From Candidatus Woesearchaeota archaeon (GTDB lineage: Archaea > Nanobdellota > Nanobdellia > Woesearchaeales > UBA9989), in contig DUKZ01000015.1 in the NCBI GenBank assembly GCA_013329045.1, forward strand, positions 159 through 64,158: a stretch of DNA of 64,000 bases. Reading direction: 5' to 3'. This document shows positions 7,603 through 16,872 of this stretch, one piece after another. A model generated the notes under the pieces. It was not told the origin of the DNA and ran no database searches. It saw nothing but the letters and a program-made list of their open reading frames with translations. Position 1 is the stretch's first letter; the number at the start of each line of letters is the position of its first letter. The translations under genes and the position numbers were made by a program.

Positions 7603-9560
7603 AGACGGAGAAACTTCTTTACAAAAAGCACAGTCTTTTGCAGGAATGTGAGATCTGTCAGCTCAACAGAGAACTCTTCATCCATCGTGTACACCCTTGA
7701 CTCATCGTCCCGATAAGCGATATTGACTATATAAACATTTTTTCCAGGATAGAGTGATGACGCCTTCTGTTCGAGCACGAGCGGCTGCGCCTTGTCTACC
7801 TGATCGATAGTCCATTGGTACCTTGCCTGCCCTCTCCTCATCATGATCGTCACATTCTTCGGACTGACCATAGAGGTTTTGTTCAAGATCATTGTGATAT
7901 CAAATGTATCATGATACTTCACTTTCTTTGGGGCATCAATCATCTGCACCCTCATTGAAGGAAGATCATCCACCATGAGAAACAAGAGATGTGTCTTTGA
8001 TACGACCTCATTATCCGCACTCACTATCACCTGCGCAGGACCAGGACTATCAATCAATCCTTCAAGCATGACTGATGTTTTCTGCGTTATCCCAAGATTC
8101 ATTGTCTGACAGGATTCCCCATTCAAACACACGATGAGGGAATCAAGGAGAACATTGCCAAGGTTTTGCACCTCGCAGGGCAATGAGAATGGCTCTCCTG
8201 CCAGGATCCGGGGCATTGTGCATGAAAGGGATACATTGTTTGATATTGGCTTTGCCTCTTCTGCCATCAAGCGCCCAAGAATGCTCTGCACGTCCTGTTT
8301 CTTGAAGACAGAAAACTGCTCTTCCACATTAAAGGAACTAGAGGACATCTCACCAGAAGAGCTAGAAATGGTCAATGGAACAGTATACACATAAGCTGGA
8401 TCAAGGTTCTCATCAACCTTTACAATATAATAGACCGTCTTTTCTTCATTTGGTCCAAGGACAATATGCTTTGCCTCATCAAGTGAAGTCATCTCTTTTA
8501 CCCGAGAAAGATATAAAGAGGTAATACTATAATAGTCATCCAAGTTCTTGACTTGCACCTTGACTGCATTATATGACCCATACCCGACATTCTGGATGAG
8601 AGGAGAAACATCAACTCCCACCCCTTTTTCCTTCTCCCCATTGCTGCTCGAGAGTGTCACTTTCATCTCCAGACCAGAAGAGTCAAGGTCAACATTATGG
8701 GACCGCCATTCGTAATTCGTGGAGCTTTCATTCGAATCCGCACTCTCTTTGAGCTTGACGTGCGAGAGATCAATATCCCCAAATTGGCGGTAGGTCAGAT
8801 CAAAGGGGACCCATCCAGTGCCAGGAAAATACACCTCAGCCCAAGCGTGGGGACCCCAATTATCCAGGCCGCCATAATTGGTAAATGCAAGCCCTGAGAC
8901 AAACCTTGCCGGAAACCCAACAGACCGAGCAAAGGCGATGAACAAGGTAGTTAGCTCATCACAGACACCTTCTTTGTTGGTCAACACCCATGACGCTTTT
9001 TGCGACACATCCTCTGTTAGCGTGTTCAGGTCATAATTGACATTTGTCTCCACCCACTCTGCCAGCTTATACACGGCAACATAGCCATCACTCTCACCAG
9101 AGACGATTTCTGATGCCTGCCTGATGATCCTTGGATTGTCCGAGTCAATATTTTGCGTTGGGCCCATAAACTCTTTTACTTCATCTGGAACATCTCTTAA
9201 GGGGAATGGAACCTTCTCTTTCACTTGGTACGTGCCAGCCTTTGTCCGTACTTTCGATTGAATGGTATAAGACAGAATGCCAATTGGCGGCTTATACCAG
9301 GTAAAGAGGATGGTATTATCCTGGCGTTTTGGAACTGGATCTACTGACTGTGTCAGCACGGTCTGGCGAGAATCCGCCCTCGGGAAAAAGGTTGCCTCTG
9401 CCTGCACATAATCCACATAGGCATTTGGCTTGAGGGGGAGTGTTGTAATCGTAGAAGAGATATCAACATCCATAACAGCATTATTTGCATCAGTCATCCA
9501 GTCAGCTGCTACGACAGATGAGAGCAAAAGGATGAAAAATATGATGAGAGAGCATTTCAT
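7599..9560 (-). CDS. secreted transglutaminase-like domain protein
   Basis: N-terminal signal peptide MKCSLIIFFILLLSSVVAADW. The transglutaminase-like core has Cys (EGVCDELTTLFIAFARSVGFPARF), His (GPHAWAEVYFPGTGW) and Asp (VPFDLT). Confidence 0.7.
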   Translation of the reverse strand: MKCSLIIFFILLLSSVVAADWMTDANNAVMDVDISSTITTLPLKPNAYVDYVQAEATFFPRADSRQTVLTQSVDPVPKRQDNTILFTWYKPPIGILSYTIQSKVRTKAGTYQVKEKVPFPLRDVPDEVKEFMGPTQNIDSDNPRIIRQASEIVSGESDGYVAVYKLAEWVETNVNYDLNTLTEDVSQKASWVLTNKEGVCDELTTLFIAFARSVGFPARFVSGLAFTNYGGLDNWGPHAWAEVYFPGTGWVPFDLTYRQFGDIDLSHVKLKESADSNESSTNYEWRSHNVDLDSSGLEMKVTLSSSNGEKEKGVGVDVSPLIQNVGYGSYNAVKVQVKNLDDYYSITSLYLSRVKEMTSLDEAKHIVLGPNEEKTVYYIVKVDENLDPAYVYTVPLTISSSSGEMSSSSFNVEEQFSVFKKQDVQSILGRLMAEEAKPISNNVSLSCTMPRILAGEPFSLPCEVQNLGNVLLDSLIVCLNGESCQTMNLGITQKTSVMLEGLIDSPGPAQVIVSADNEVVSKTHLLFLMVDDLPSMRVQMIDAPKKVKYHDTFDITMILNKTSMVSPKNVTIMMRRGQARYQWTIDQVDKAQPLVLEQKASSLYPGKNVYIVNIAYRDDESRVYTMDEEFSVELTDLTFLQKTVLFVKKFLRL

Positions 9561-9604
9561 TCATATACCTGTTAAGACAGCATTTAAATAGTTTTAGAAA
9601 AGGA

Positions 9605-9715
9605 TAGCGGGGAGAGGATTTGAACCTCCGACCTGCGGGTTACCAACTCAAGATGTTCTATAAAGAACCCTTGCGATATGAGCCCGCCGGGCACTCCTGG
9701 CTGCCCTACCCCGCT
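9605..9715 (-). tRNA. initiator tRNA-Met (CAU) with a canonical 37/38 intron (~35 nt)
   Basis: AGCGGGG...CCCCGCU acceptor with an A1-U72 pair. D-arm GGGC/GCCC. Anticodon stem GCGGG/CCCGC with three G-C pairs, and anticodon loop CTCATA with an intron before A38. T-arm GGAGG TTCAAAT CCTCT. These are archaeal initiator features. A TATA-like TTTTAAAGG lies about 30 nt upstream. Confidence 0.8.
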
Positions 9716-9758
9716 GTAGATGTACAAAAGACTCTCAACCCCTTTAAAATCTTTTGTA

Positions 9759-9902
9759 TTATGCGCTCTCCTCGAGCTGCCTTAGCTCGGACTCTAATGC
9801 ACTCAGCTGCGCCAACTTTCCTGGATTGATCTGATTCCTCATCTTGTCCCACTTTAATACACTGATCTTTTTCTTTATCTCTTCAATTTTCTCTTGTTCC
9901 AT
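9759..9902 (-). CDS. small hypothetical coiled-coil protein (47 aa)
   Basis: Unlisted ORF MEQEKIEEIKKKISVLKWDKMRNQINPGKLAQLSALESELRQLEESA. A GGGGTG Shine-Dalgarno-like motif lies 7 nt upstream of the ATG and a TATA-like TTTTATAAG further upstream. Confidence 0.3.
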   Translation of the reverse strand: MEQEKIEEIKKKISVLKWDKMRNQINPGKLAQLSALESELRQLEESA

Positions 9903-9961
9903 AAAAAACACCCCAATCAAGAATGTAGGAAAAGCCAATCCGGAATCTTATAAAAAGGTTT

Positions 9962-11365
9962 TCATTGATCCTGATGATACTCCATGCCCGATTTTAGCGC
10001 CTGCTCAGCCTTTTGCAGCTCTGTCCCAAGATAGAGCGCATGACTCACCTGTGAGACGACCTTCTCTTCTGCAATCTTTCGAAATAGATCGAACGCAGTC
10101 GTCCCGACATATTCCTTAATCTTCTTCCCTACAGGGGTGAGATGATAGACATGAATCTTTCCCTCCATCACATGGATCACGATATTGCCACGAGGATCAC
10201 CTATGCGAGGAACAATTGGTGCATTCTTCTCCAGGATGCCCTGTGCTTTTTTCCATTCTTTCTCATAGATATGGGCTGAGTTGGATATGGTCGTCAAGGT
10301 GCCCATGGGAACATCTAGCCCTGCTGCGATATTTTTTTGAAGTTTCCTTATCGCAATCACATTCCTTGGCCAGGCAGCGAACATGTCATTGCTTCGAAAG
10401 TATACAGTGAGATGGAGCCTGCCTTGATGAATGAGAGCCTGGACGAGATCAAGACAGGGCTGATTTGCCTCATCATGATCTTTTGACACATCCCAGGTTA
10501 TGGCCACCGCCCTTCTTGTCTCCGGCGATTTCTTGAGCATCCCCACCATCCATTGCACTTGGTCTACACCCTTATAGTCCATCAGTCTCTGGCCATAGGT
10601 GTAGGAGACACCATCAAGGCTTTTTCCTGAAAGGACTTGAGGAAGGTACTCTTCCAGCTCTTTCTTTGTGAAAGGAAAAAAATCTTTCCACACAAGCTTG
10701 TCTGGATCCTCCTCAGAGATGATAGCAATCAGGTTCATCACTTCCTTTGTGTCCACGCCATACTGAGAATGCTTAATCACCCCAAAACGCATCACCGTAT
10801 GAAGGATGTGGAGCCATGCATCATTGATATATTTCTCTTCAACACGAAATCCAGCTGATTCCGCAGGATAACAGTCTGGCTCAGAGACTGCCGGCAAGGG
10901 AAATACCTCAGGCTCCCCATATGAACCAAGAGAAGGCAATTCCCCAATGATCCTGTTTAGCTGTTTCATGTCCTGAAACCGGCGATAGTCATGAAGAGTG
11001 ACATGCTTCCTGAGATTATCTATCGCAGAAACCGGAATCTCCTGGTCGACCTCTGAGTCTATCTTACTGATCACCCTGTGATGGTCATCAATTCCTTTCT
11101 CAAACAGGTCAACGAGCGCTTCACCTGAATGGCTCAGGTCAGCCCCCGTGATGACGAGGTGGCGGATGTTTTTGTTGGCAAGAAAGTTCCTGACCAATGA
11201 AGAAATGCCCTCATACCTCGAATAGAGCTGGCCGATGCAGCGATAATTCTTCTTGTCAAGGTGGTGGGCTATTGCTTCCTTCTTTGTCCAGAGAGTGATG
11301 ATAGCTGCTTCTGACTCCTCGCTCCCAAGGAGCAACTGGTCACCATAGAGGATTGGCCATTCCAT
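9962..11365 (-). CDS. thyA: thymidylate synthase (ThyA family) fused to an N-terminal ~180-aa domain of unknown function
   Basis: The C-terminal half carries ThyA motifs: KSPETRRAVAITWDVS...NQPCLDLVQALI (catalytic Cys region) and LTVYFRSNDMFAAWPRNVIAI...SNSAHIY. The start is set at the internal ATG (MEWPILYG). The upstream 192 codons of the listed ORF overlap the convincing lgt gene on the other strand and are low complexity. Confidence 0.65.
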   Translation of the reverse strand: MEWPILYGDQLLLGSEESEAAIITLWTKKEAIAHHLDKKNYRCIGQLYSRYEGISSLVRNFLANKNIRHLVITGADLSHSGEALVDLFEKGIDDHHRVISKIDSEVDQEIPVSAIDNLRKHVTLHDYRRFQDMKQLNRIIGELPSLGSYGEPEVFPLPAVSEPDCYPAESAGFRVEEKYINDAWLHILHTVMRFGVIKHSQYGVDTKEVMNLIAIISEEDPDKLVWKDFFPFTKKELEEYLPQVLSGKSLDGVSYTYGQRLMDYKGVDQVQWMVGMLKKSPETRRAVAITWDVSKDHDEANQPCLDLVQALIHQGRLHLTVYFRSNDMFAAWPRNVIAIRKLQKNIAAGLDVPMGTLTTISNSAHIYEKEWKKAQGILEKNAPIVPRIGDPRGNIVIHVMEGKIHVYHLTPVGKKIKEYVGTTAFDLFRKIAEEKVVSQVSHALYLGTELQKAEQALKSGMEYHQDQ

Positions 11366-11431
11366 CACCAATGGAAAGAAGGGAGCATTTATAAAGTTGT
11401 TTTTTCTCTGAGAAAGCTTATTGGTGATCCT

Positions 11432-12199
11432 ATGTATGTCAATACCCTCAATCCAGTACTGCTGAAAGCCGGACCGATAACTATCTATTGGTATAGCATC
11501 CCCTACCTGATCGGTTTTCTTGTTATCTATTGGCTGCTTGCTGCTGAACGGAAGAAAAAAAGCATTCAAAACCTCACAGAGGAAACGGTTGAAGGCTTGT
11601 TTTTCTGGCTTTTCCTTGGAGTCCTTGTTGGGGGAAGGATATTCTATTTTCTCTTCAATGACCCGGGAACATTCATCCATGACCCACTGGAAATCCTCAT
11701 GATATGGCATGGAGGAATGGCATTTTTTGGGGCGGTATTCCTCATGACTCTCTTTGGGTATTATTATTGCAAGAACAAGAAGATACCATTCTTCGCCGTC
11801 GCTGACATCGTTGTCATCGGCGGGGCTTTGGGCCTTGCGCTTGGACGAATCGGGAATTTTATCAACAGCGAAATCGTCGGAATTGCGTGGAATGGCCCTT
11901 GGTGCGTTGTGTATCCTGCCGTTGATTCTCTCTGCAGGCATCCTTACCAGCTGTATGCTTCGTTATCACATTTCCTGATGCTGGGAATCCTTGTCCTTGC
12001 CTGGAAAAAGATGAAGCAACGACGAGAGGGATTATTGTTCTGGCTGTTTGTCTTCCTGTATGGACTCTTCCGATTCATCACGGATTTTTGGAGGAATGAG
12101 ACAGTCTTTGTCTTTGGGATTGGAGGGAGCCAGGTGGCGAGTCTCGTGATGGTGCTCATCGGCCTTATAGCCCTCAAAAAAATCTATCCCTCTCGATGA
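11432..12199 (+). CDS. lgt: prolipoprotein diacylglyceryl transferase (Lgt)
   Basis: Lgt signature GRIGNFINSEIVG with the characteristic multi-TM topology (HGGMAFFGAVF...). Confidence 0.75.
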   Translation: MYVNTLNPVLLKAGPITIYWYSIPYLIGFLVIYWLLAAERKKKSIQNLTEETVEGLFFWLFLGVLVGGRIFYFLFNDPGTFIHDPLEILMIWHGGMAFFGAVFLMTLFGYYYCKNKKIPFFAVADIVVIGGALGLALGRIGNFINSEIVGIAWNGPWCVVYPAVDSLCRHPYQLYASLSHFLMLGILVLAWKKMKQRREGLLFWLFVFLYGLFRFITDFWRNETVFVFGIGGSQVASLVMVLIGLIALKKIYPSR

Positions 12200-12223
12200 G
12201 TACCTAACAGGATTGCTCAGGTA

Positions 12224-12796
12224 TCAAGCTCCCAGCATAATCAGTGTAAACTCATGTTTTTTCCCAAGATCTTTGATCAATGTGTCTAGTCCCCCCTCAT
12301 CTATGCTTGTTACAACTGGATCTCCTGCGGTTATACCACAATGCCAATATCGTATATTACTGCGGCGAAGAACCGTCTCTTGCATTGCATATGTTTCTCC
12401 CTCTGGATCAGCCATATATTCCCAATCATACCCAATCTGCGCCATTGTGGATCGTATAGGAGCTCTTCCAGAATATTTTTCGACAGCTGCACGACCATAA
12501 ACAAACGCATTTTCGTCCACACGAAGAAGGTATCCTCTGATATAAAACATTTCAATTTGGTCAATATCTGCGGGAAGCACTATCTGTCGCCCTTCAATTC
12601 TTGGTGCTGGATCCTCTTCTAAAGTTGCTTCGAACCACAAACCAACCGATACATCAGCCAATAAACTCCCCTGTGATACTGCACGCTCATGACCGAATAC
12701 ATCCTTTTTATGAGGGTACCAACAGTAGATAGATGAAACAGGAATTAGCTCACCCCCCCTATACCTTTCCTGAATTTTAGTTCTATTAACACTCAT
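12224..12796 (-). CDS. hypothetical protein
   Basis: 190-aa ORF, convergent with lgt. No recognisable motif. Confidence 0.4.
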   Translation of the reverse strand: MSVNRTKIQERYRGGELIPVSSIYCWYPHKKDVFGHERAVSQGSLLADVSVGLWFEATLEEDPAPRIEGRQIVLPADIDQIEMFYIRGYLLRVDENAFVYGRAAVEKYSGRAPIRSTMAQIGYDWEYMADPEGETYAMQETVLRRSNIRYWHCGITAGDPVVTSIDEGGLDTLIKDLGKKHEFTLIMLGA

Positions 12797-12966
12797 AAAA
12801 ATTTTAGCCTTTGATGGCTTATTAAGAATGCCCTATCGATCACTAGTATCGGGCTCACTTAAGAAATCTTTAAAAACGGACTCACACTAATAGACTATGC
12901 GAGGCGCGGTCGCATACACAAAAACGAATTGTTTTTGGTCGCGACCTTGGCATTCGCTACGCTCAA

Positions 12967-13092
12967 GCCGCGGTCGCATAGCCCGGCTATTGCGGTAGAT
13001 TGCTAGGAGCTTTTTGTTCCTGAGACACTTGCAATAGCCCACAAAGATCTACTGTCCGAAAGGGCACGGGGGTTCGAATCCCTCCCGCGGCG
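12967..13092 (+). tRNA. tRNA-Ser (GCU), class II, with a canonical 37/38 intron (~41 nt)
   Basis: Acceptor GCCGCGG/CCGCGGC, 3-bp D stem and anticodon stem GTAGA/TCTAC. The anticodon loop TTGCTA has an intron before A38. Long variable arm TGTCCGAAAGGGCAC. T-arm GGGGG TTCGAAT CCCTC. A poly-T tract follows immediately. Confidence 0.75.
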
Positions 13093-13576
13093 TTTTTTTT
13101 CCCGCGTGGTGGGATGGAAGCTTGTTCTCCCTTACTCGTAATGCCCTAAACGAAAAGAGGTCATAGACATCTATTGAAAACCTCCAGTAAGGGAGAAGCT
13201 CGATATAAACAAGGTGGGATTTGAACCCTAAGCGTTGTAGAGCTTTGTATCGGTCATATGCCTGCTGAGAGATCTCTAAAGAATCCCTATTAGAGAATAC
13301 CTTTGATTTTACCTCAAAAAGGTTGATAGTATGAACCATTCGATTATCATGTATAAACTCGAGGAGGTCTATAGACTTGAAGAACCTCGCTAGAGGTTCA
13401 ACGTCGAGCCTGTCAGGGATAACAAGACTATAATAATCGAGCAATCCTTGTAAAGACATGAATTCAACCGTTCGAAAGATAAATGCATGTTCCCTCTCAC
13501 GACGAAGATAGCGCCTTGCAATCTGTTCCATCGTATACCCCCTGAAATTTGCATCTGTAAAAAGGTCTATCTTCAT
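13049..13576 (-). CDS. hypothetical protein; its 3' end overlaps tRNA-Ser
   Basis: 175-aa ORF whose last ~14 codons are the reverse complement of the tRNA T-arm and acceptor. No motifs found. It lies in a low-gene-density stretch (12797-13907). Confidence 0.3.
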   Translation of the reverse strand: MKIDLFTDANFRGYTMEQIARRYLRREREHAFIFRTVEFMSLQGLLDYYSLVIPDRLDVEPLARFFKSIDLLEFIHDNRMVHTINLFEVKSKVFSNRDSLEISQQAYDRYKALQRLGFKSHLVYIELLPYWRFSIDVYDLFSFRALRVRENKLPSHHAGKKTPREGFEPPCPFGQ

Positions 13577-13907
13577 CTCTCTTTCCTCTTACTTTGCCCT
13601 TCTTAATTGTTGCTTAGGACGTGCCGAAATAGGTTCAGATGAAACGAACATGCATCGCTCTTAGCCAAAAATTGTGATAAAGAACCGTTGACGAACCGTT
13701 TTTTTCACAACGGCATGAACAATTACTTTGGCTCTTCATTAAATACAATTGATCTCCCTGGAAAATTTTTATCGTAAGGCTTATAAAGCAACAAACACCT
13801 CTTACCCACATGCCAACAGTCTCTTTCGGCCAAGAAGGTGAACAGGATCACGATTCAGGCATTATGCAGATGATAGTCCTATAACAAGCAATACCTCTCG
13901 TGTTCCA

Positions 13908-14213
13908 TTGTATACTGGTCCTCAATTAACACATGAATCTTCCTACCAAGGGAGACACAGGATTAAAACAGTCCTCTTTGGCCTTGCACTTTCTGTAGCC
14001 GTAGGATATGGTACATTAAGAGTCAAAAGTGCAGCAGAACAAAATCTCCCCTTACCAATTGCAAACCAGGGATGCACAGATATTATTTATGATGATTCCC
14101 ATGAACCAGTTGTCAGGGAGCCTCCCCAACCCTATAGACATAACCCAGGATTTGTGCCAGTCTTGAATCCTGATGGAAGCACCTCAACGCTTGATCAGAT
14201 CATCAAAAAATGA
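13908..14213 (+). CDS. small hypothetical protein with a single TM helix near the N-terminus
   Basis: 101 aa with a hydrophobic stretch VLFGLALSVAVGY. Confidence 0.3.
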   Translation: MYTGPQLTHESSYQGRHRIKTVLFGLALSVAVGYGTLRVKSAAEQNLPLPIANQGCTDIIYDDSHEPVVREPPQPYRHNPGFVPVLNPDGSTSTLDQIIKK

Positions 14214-14279
14214 CAGATAGACCATTTTTTCTTTTTGCAAACAAACATTTAAATAGTTAATTTTTCTGAGAAATAAGCT

Positions 14280-14627
14280 ATGGTTATCGGGCACATTGCA
14301 GGGCTGACTTTTTTGCCTGTTGGCGTTGTCATGCTCCTCAACAATTTTGGTATTATGCACTTATCAAAAATTTTTGGCATAGATATCACCCTCCTTGGGG
14401 CACTTGGCCTCATCATTGTTGAAATCACAGACATCATTGATTCACACATCGCTGATCAGCATGTCATCCTCACCTGGATTGTCGGACTCATCCTGCTTTT
14501 CCCTTCAATACTTTATTTCATGTCAAAAGCCATGACCCTTCTCCCAGCAATTGTGAGCGCTGTTCCCATCATCATCGCAGCATTCCTCATCAATGAAGGG
14601 CTTGGAAGCGTGTTTATAGGAGATTGA
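14280..14627 (+). CDS. small integral membrane protein
   Basis: 115 aa, three predicted TM helices. Confidence 0.4.
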   Translation: MVIGHIAGLTFLPVGVVMLLNNFGIMHLSKIFGIDITLLGALGLIIVEITDIIDSHIADQHVILTWIVGLILLFPSILYFMSKAMTLLPAIVSAVPIIIAAFLINEGLGSVFIGD

Positions 14628-14636
14628 TCTTTCAAA

Positions 14637-15065
14637 ATGATACAAGTACATATCCAACGAATAGACAAAGACATCGACCTCCCATCTTATGCACACCCGG
14701 GAGATGCTGCATTTGATCTTCGATCCAGGGAAGAGAAGACAATCATGCCAGGCGAGCTTGTGATCATCAAGACCGGCCTCAAAATGGAGATTCCTGAAGG
14801 GTATTTTGGGAATATCCGGGACAGGTCTGGGCTTGCTGCAAAACATGGCCTGCATTGCCTTGCTGGAGTTGTGGACTCCCATTATCGGGGAGAAGTGGGC
14901 GTTGTCATGACAAACCTTGGCAAGGAAGCATTTACTGTTGAAAAAAACATGAGGATAGCCCAGATGCTCATCCAAAAAGTAGAACATGCAGCTCTGCAAG
15001 AAACAGATGAAGTGAGTGAAACAAAACGGGGGGAAGGAGGATTTGGAAGCACCGGCACTCACTGA
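14637..15065 (+). CDS. dut: dUTP diphosphatase (dUTPase / dCTP deaminase fold)
   Basis: AHPGDAAFDL, NIRDRSGLA and VDSHYRGEVGVVM motifs. Confidence 0.85.
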   Translation: MIQVHIQRIDKDIDLPSYAHPGDAAFDLRSREEKTIMPGELVIIKTGLKMEIPEGYFGNIRDRSGLAAKHGLHCLAGVVDSHYRGEVGVVMTNLGKEAFTVEKNMRIAQMLIQKVEHAALQETDEVSETKRGEGGFGSTGTH

Positions 15066-15760
15066 TAGTGCTTGTTCCAGATCTTCTTGATTTCATTCTT
15101 TGTGCCTTCGACCGTCATTGGAGGATTGGTGTCCACATGCACAACAACTGTTTTAGCCTCTGGAAAGAGCTCCTTTAGCCACTCAGAAAGATATGCGAGC
15201 CTAACCCTTCTTTGAAACTCCAATTGCTCAAAGATAGCATTGTCCTGCTTTGTTGCCCTCTTATTGAGGCGCTCCATGACCACTTCAGGATCGCAGGTCA
15301 TGATGATGAGCAGTCCTGGGGGATGCTCTAAACAAAACCTGTTGCCAGGCAGCTGCATGAGATGATGCAGGGTGTAGCCATTCTCCATCAACACCTGGTA
15401 TACCAAAGAGCTCACAACGCTTCTTTCCTGGAACACATACTTGCCCTCTTTTAATGCTGGCAAGACAAATTTCTTATAGAGCGCTTTTCGGTCTTCAGAA
15501 AATGCCTGCGCAATCTCAAATGGGGATGCTGTTGTACCATGCTGGATCAATTCTTCTCTCAGCCGTTTTCCTTCACCAATATATGTTGGTTCTGCTGTGA
15601 GAAAGACATCATACTCCCCTATTGGGGGGTGCTTTCCATGAGTTTTCCAATACTCCCTGGCATCACAGACCATTTTTCCCTTAGCCCATTCCCTTAATGC
15701 AGCAATAGCTGTCCCTTTCCCGGCACCATCCATCCCTTCGACTACAACAAACCGTTTCAT
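15059..15760 (-). CDS. tmk: thymidylate kinase
   Basis: P-loop VVEGMDGAGKGT. The start is taken at the internal Met MKRFVVVEG, so the gene abuts rather than overlaps the next gene. Confidence 0.8.
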   Translation of the reverse strand: MKRFVVVEGMDGAGKGTAIAALREWAKGKMVCDAREYWKTHGKHPPIGEYDVFLTAEPTYIGEGKRLREELIQHGTTASPFEIAQAFSEDRKALYKKFVLPALKEGKYVFQERSVVSSLVYQVLMENGYTLHHLMQLPGNRFCLEHPPGLLIIMTCDPEVVMERLNKRATKQDNAIFEQLEFQRRVRLAYLSEWLKELFPEAKTVVVHVDTNPPMTVEGTKNEIKKIWNKHYQ

Positions 15761-16338
15761 TTGAGAGTATTGATCAACATCTGGCCAAACTGGGAGAAAA
15801 GCAGCATGTTGAACACCAGATTTGTGATCCCAAAAAACCAGCATTTATAGGGTTTTGCGCCAAACATGACCATGAGCATTGAGGAGACAAAAAAATTGTA
15901 GATGATCGTGAGAGTAATACCCAAAAGGAGGATATTGACATTAGAGAACATTGCTGCCAGAATTCCAACCAACCCATACATCGGGATAATTACAATACTA
16001 AATATTGAGATGTACGCCTTAATGACATAACTGACAAGTGCGGAAGAAAGACCCACAAATATCCCAAAACCAGATCCCCATACCACACTGGCAATGACTG
16101 TTGGAAAGAGAATAAACTCTATACCGAGTGGCATGAACCTTGTCAGAAAAGCAAATTGCCGTTTCCCAAACCCCATGATGCCATTTAAGATAATGGAACA
16201 TGCGAGGAAAATGAACCGAGAAGCATATGCCTTTATCAGGAAAACAAAAAACAAAACGGCAAAGATAACAAGAGAGAGGTAGATGAGGAGCTCTGTTGTG
16301 CTCATGTCAACCTCTTTTACTGCATATTCTTCTTCCAT
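15757..16338 (-). CDS. integral membrane protein (5-6 TM)
   Basis: 193 aa, hydrophobic throughout. Stop codon adjoins the tmk start. Confidence 0.45.
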   Translation of the reverse strand: MEEEYAVKEVDMSTTELLIYLSLVIFAVLFFVFLIKAYASRFIFLACSIILNGIMGFGKRQFAFLTRFMPLGIEFILFPTVIASVVWGSGFGIFVGLSSALVSYVIKAYISIFSIVIIPMYGLVGILAAMFSNVNILLLGITLTIIYNFFVSSMLMVMFGAKPYKCWFFGITNLVFNMLLFSQFGQMLINTLK

Positions 16339-16340
16339 CC

Positions 16341-16763
16341 TCAGTATGTCGTCTCCTTCACGCCCTCACCGGTTATTATGCAATCTGCAATAACGGTTTC
16401 TTCTCCAAATGAGACAAACACTGCCTCGAGCGAGCGAGCGCCCAGTTTTGACATGATCTCATCATACTCTGCTTGTCCAAGGGGAAATGACGGCTTATAG
16501 GATGAGTTAAAGAGCTGAAGATATGCATCACAGCCTTCTTCTAATGCAGCTTCAGGAAGGATGATCTCAACAGATGCCAAGCTTTCTCCACGGAGCAACA
16601 CAACACCATTCATCGTCTCAAGAGTGAGCGGCTGGATATCTTCGATCGGTACTGGCCTTACTACGGGAGGGGGCATGCTACCCGGTAGAGAAGGGGGCTC
16701 TGGCTCACTCCTGCTACAAGCTACAAGGAGAAGCGCAATCAACATAACCCATTTCATGGGCAA
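16341..16763 (-). CDS. predicted lipoprotein with a bacterial-type lipobox
   Basis: Signal peptide MPMKWVMLIALLLVAC with lipobox L-V-A-C, followed by a Pro-rich linker. Confidence 0.55.
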   Translation of the reverse strand: MPMKWVMLIALLLVACSRSEPEPPSLPGSMPPPVVRPVPIEDIQPLTLETMNGVVLLRGESLASVEIILPEAALEEGCDAYLQLFNSSYKPSFPLGQAEYDEIMSKLGARSLEAVFVSFGEETVIADCIITGEGVKETTY

Positions 16764-16872
16764 ATGGTTTCCTTTGCGCTATATAAAGATTATGTTGCGG
16801 GTTTGCAAATGAGCGCTTAATTTTCTCCTAAGTCCTGTTGTGAGATATGTTTAAATAACACAACGATATTGA

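Noticed and set aside
9620-9829. 69-aa plus-strand ORF
   Set aside because: It lies antisense across the tRNA-iMet gene and its intron. It is an artefact of the GC-rich tRNA sequence.
11366-11941. N-terminal 192 codons of the listed 659-aa ORF
   Set aside because: Low-complexity sequence that fully overlaps the lgt gene (clear signature motif) on the other strand. The ThyA-fusion start is taken at the internal ATG instead.
13201-13232. GGGATTTGAACCC, a T-arm-like motif suggesting another tRNA on the minus strand
   Set aside because: Only a 3-bp stem is possible, and no acceptor, D or anticodon arms can be built around it. Probably chance.
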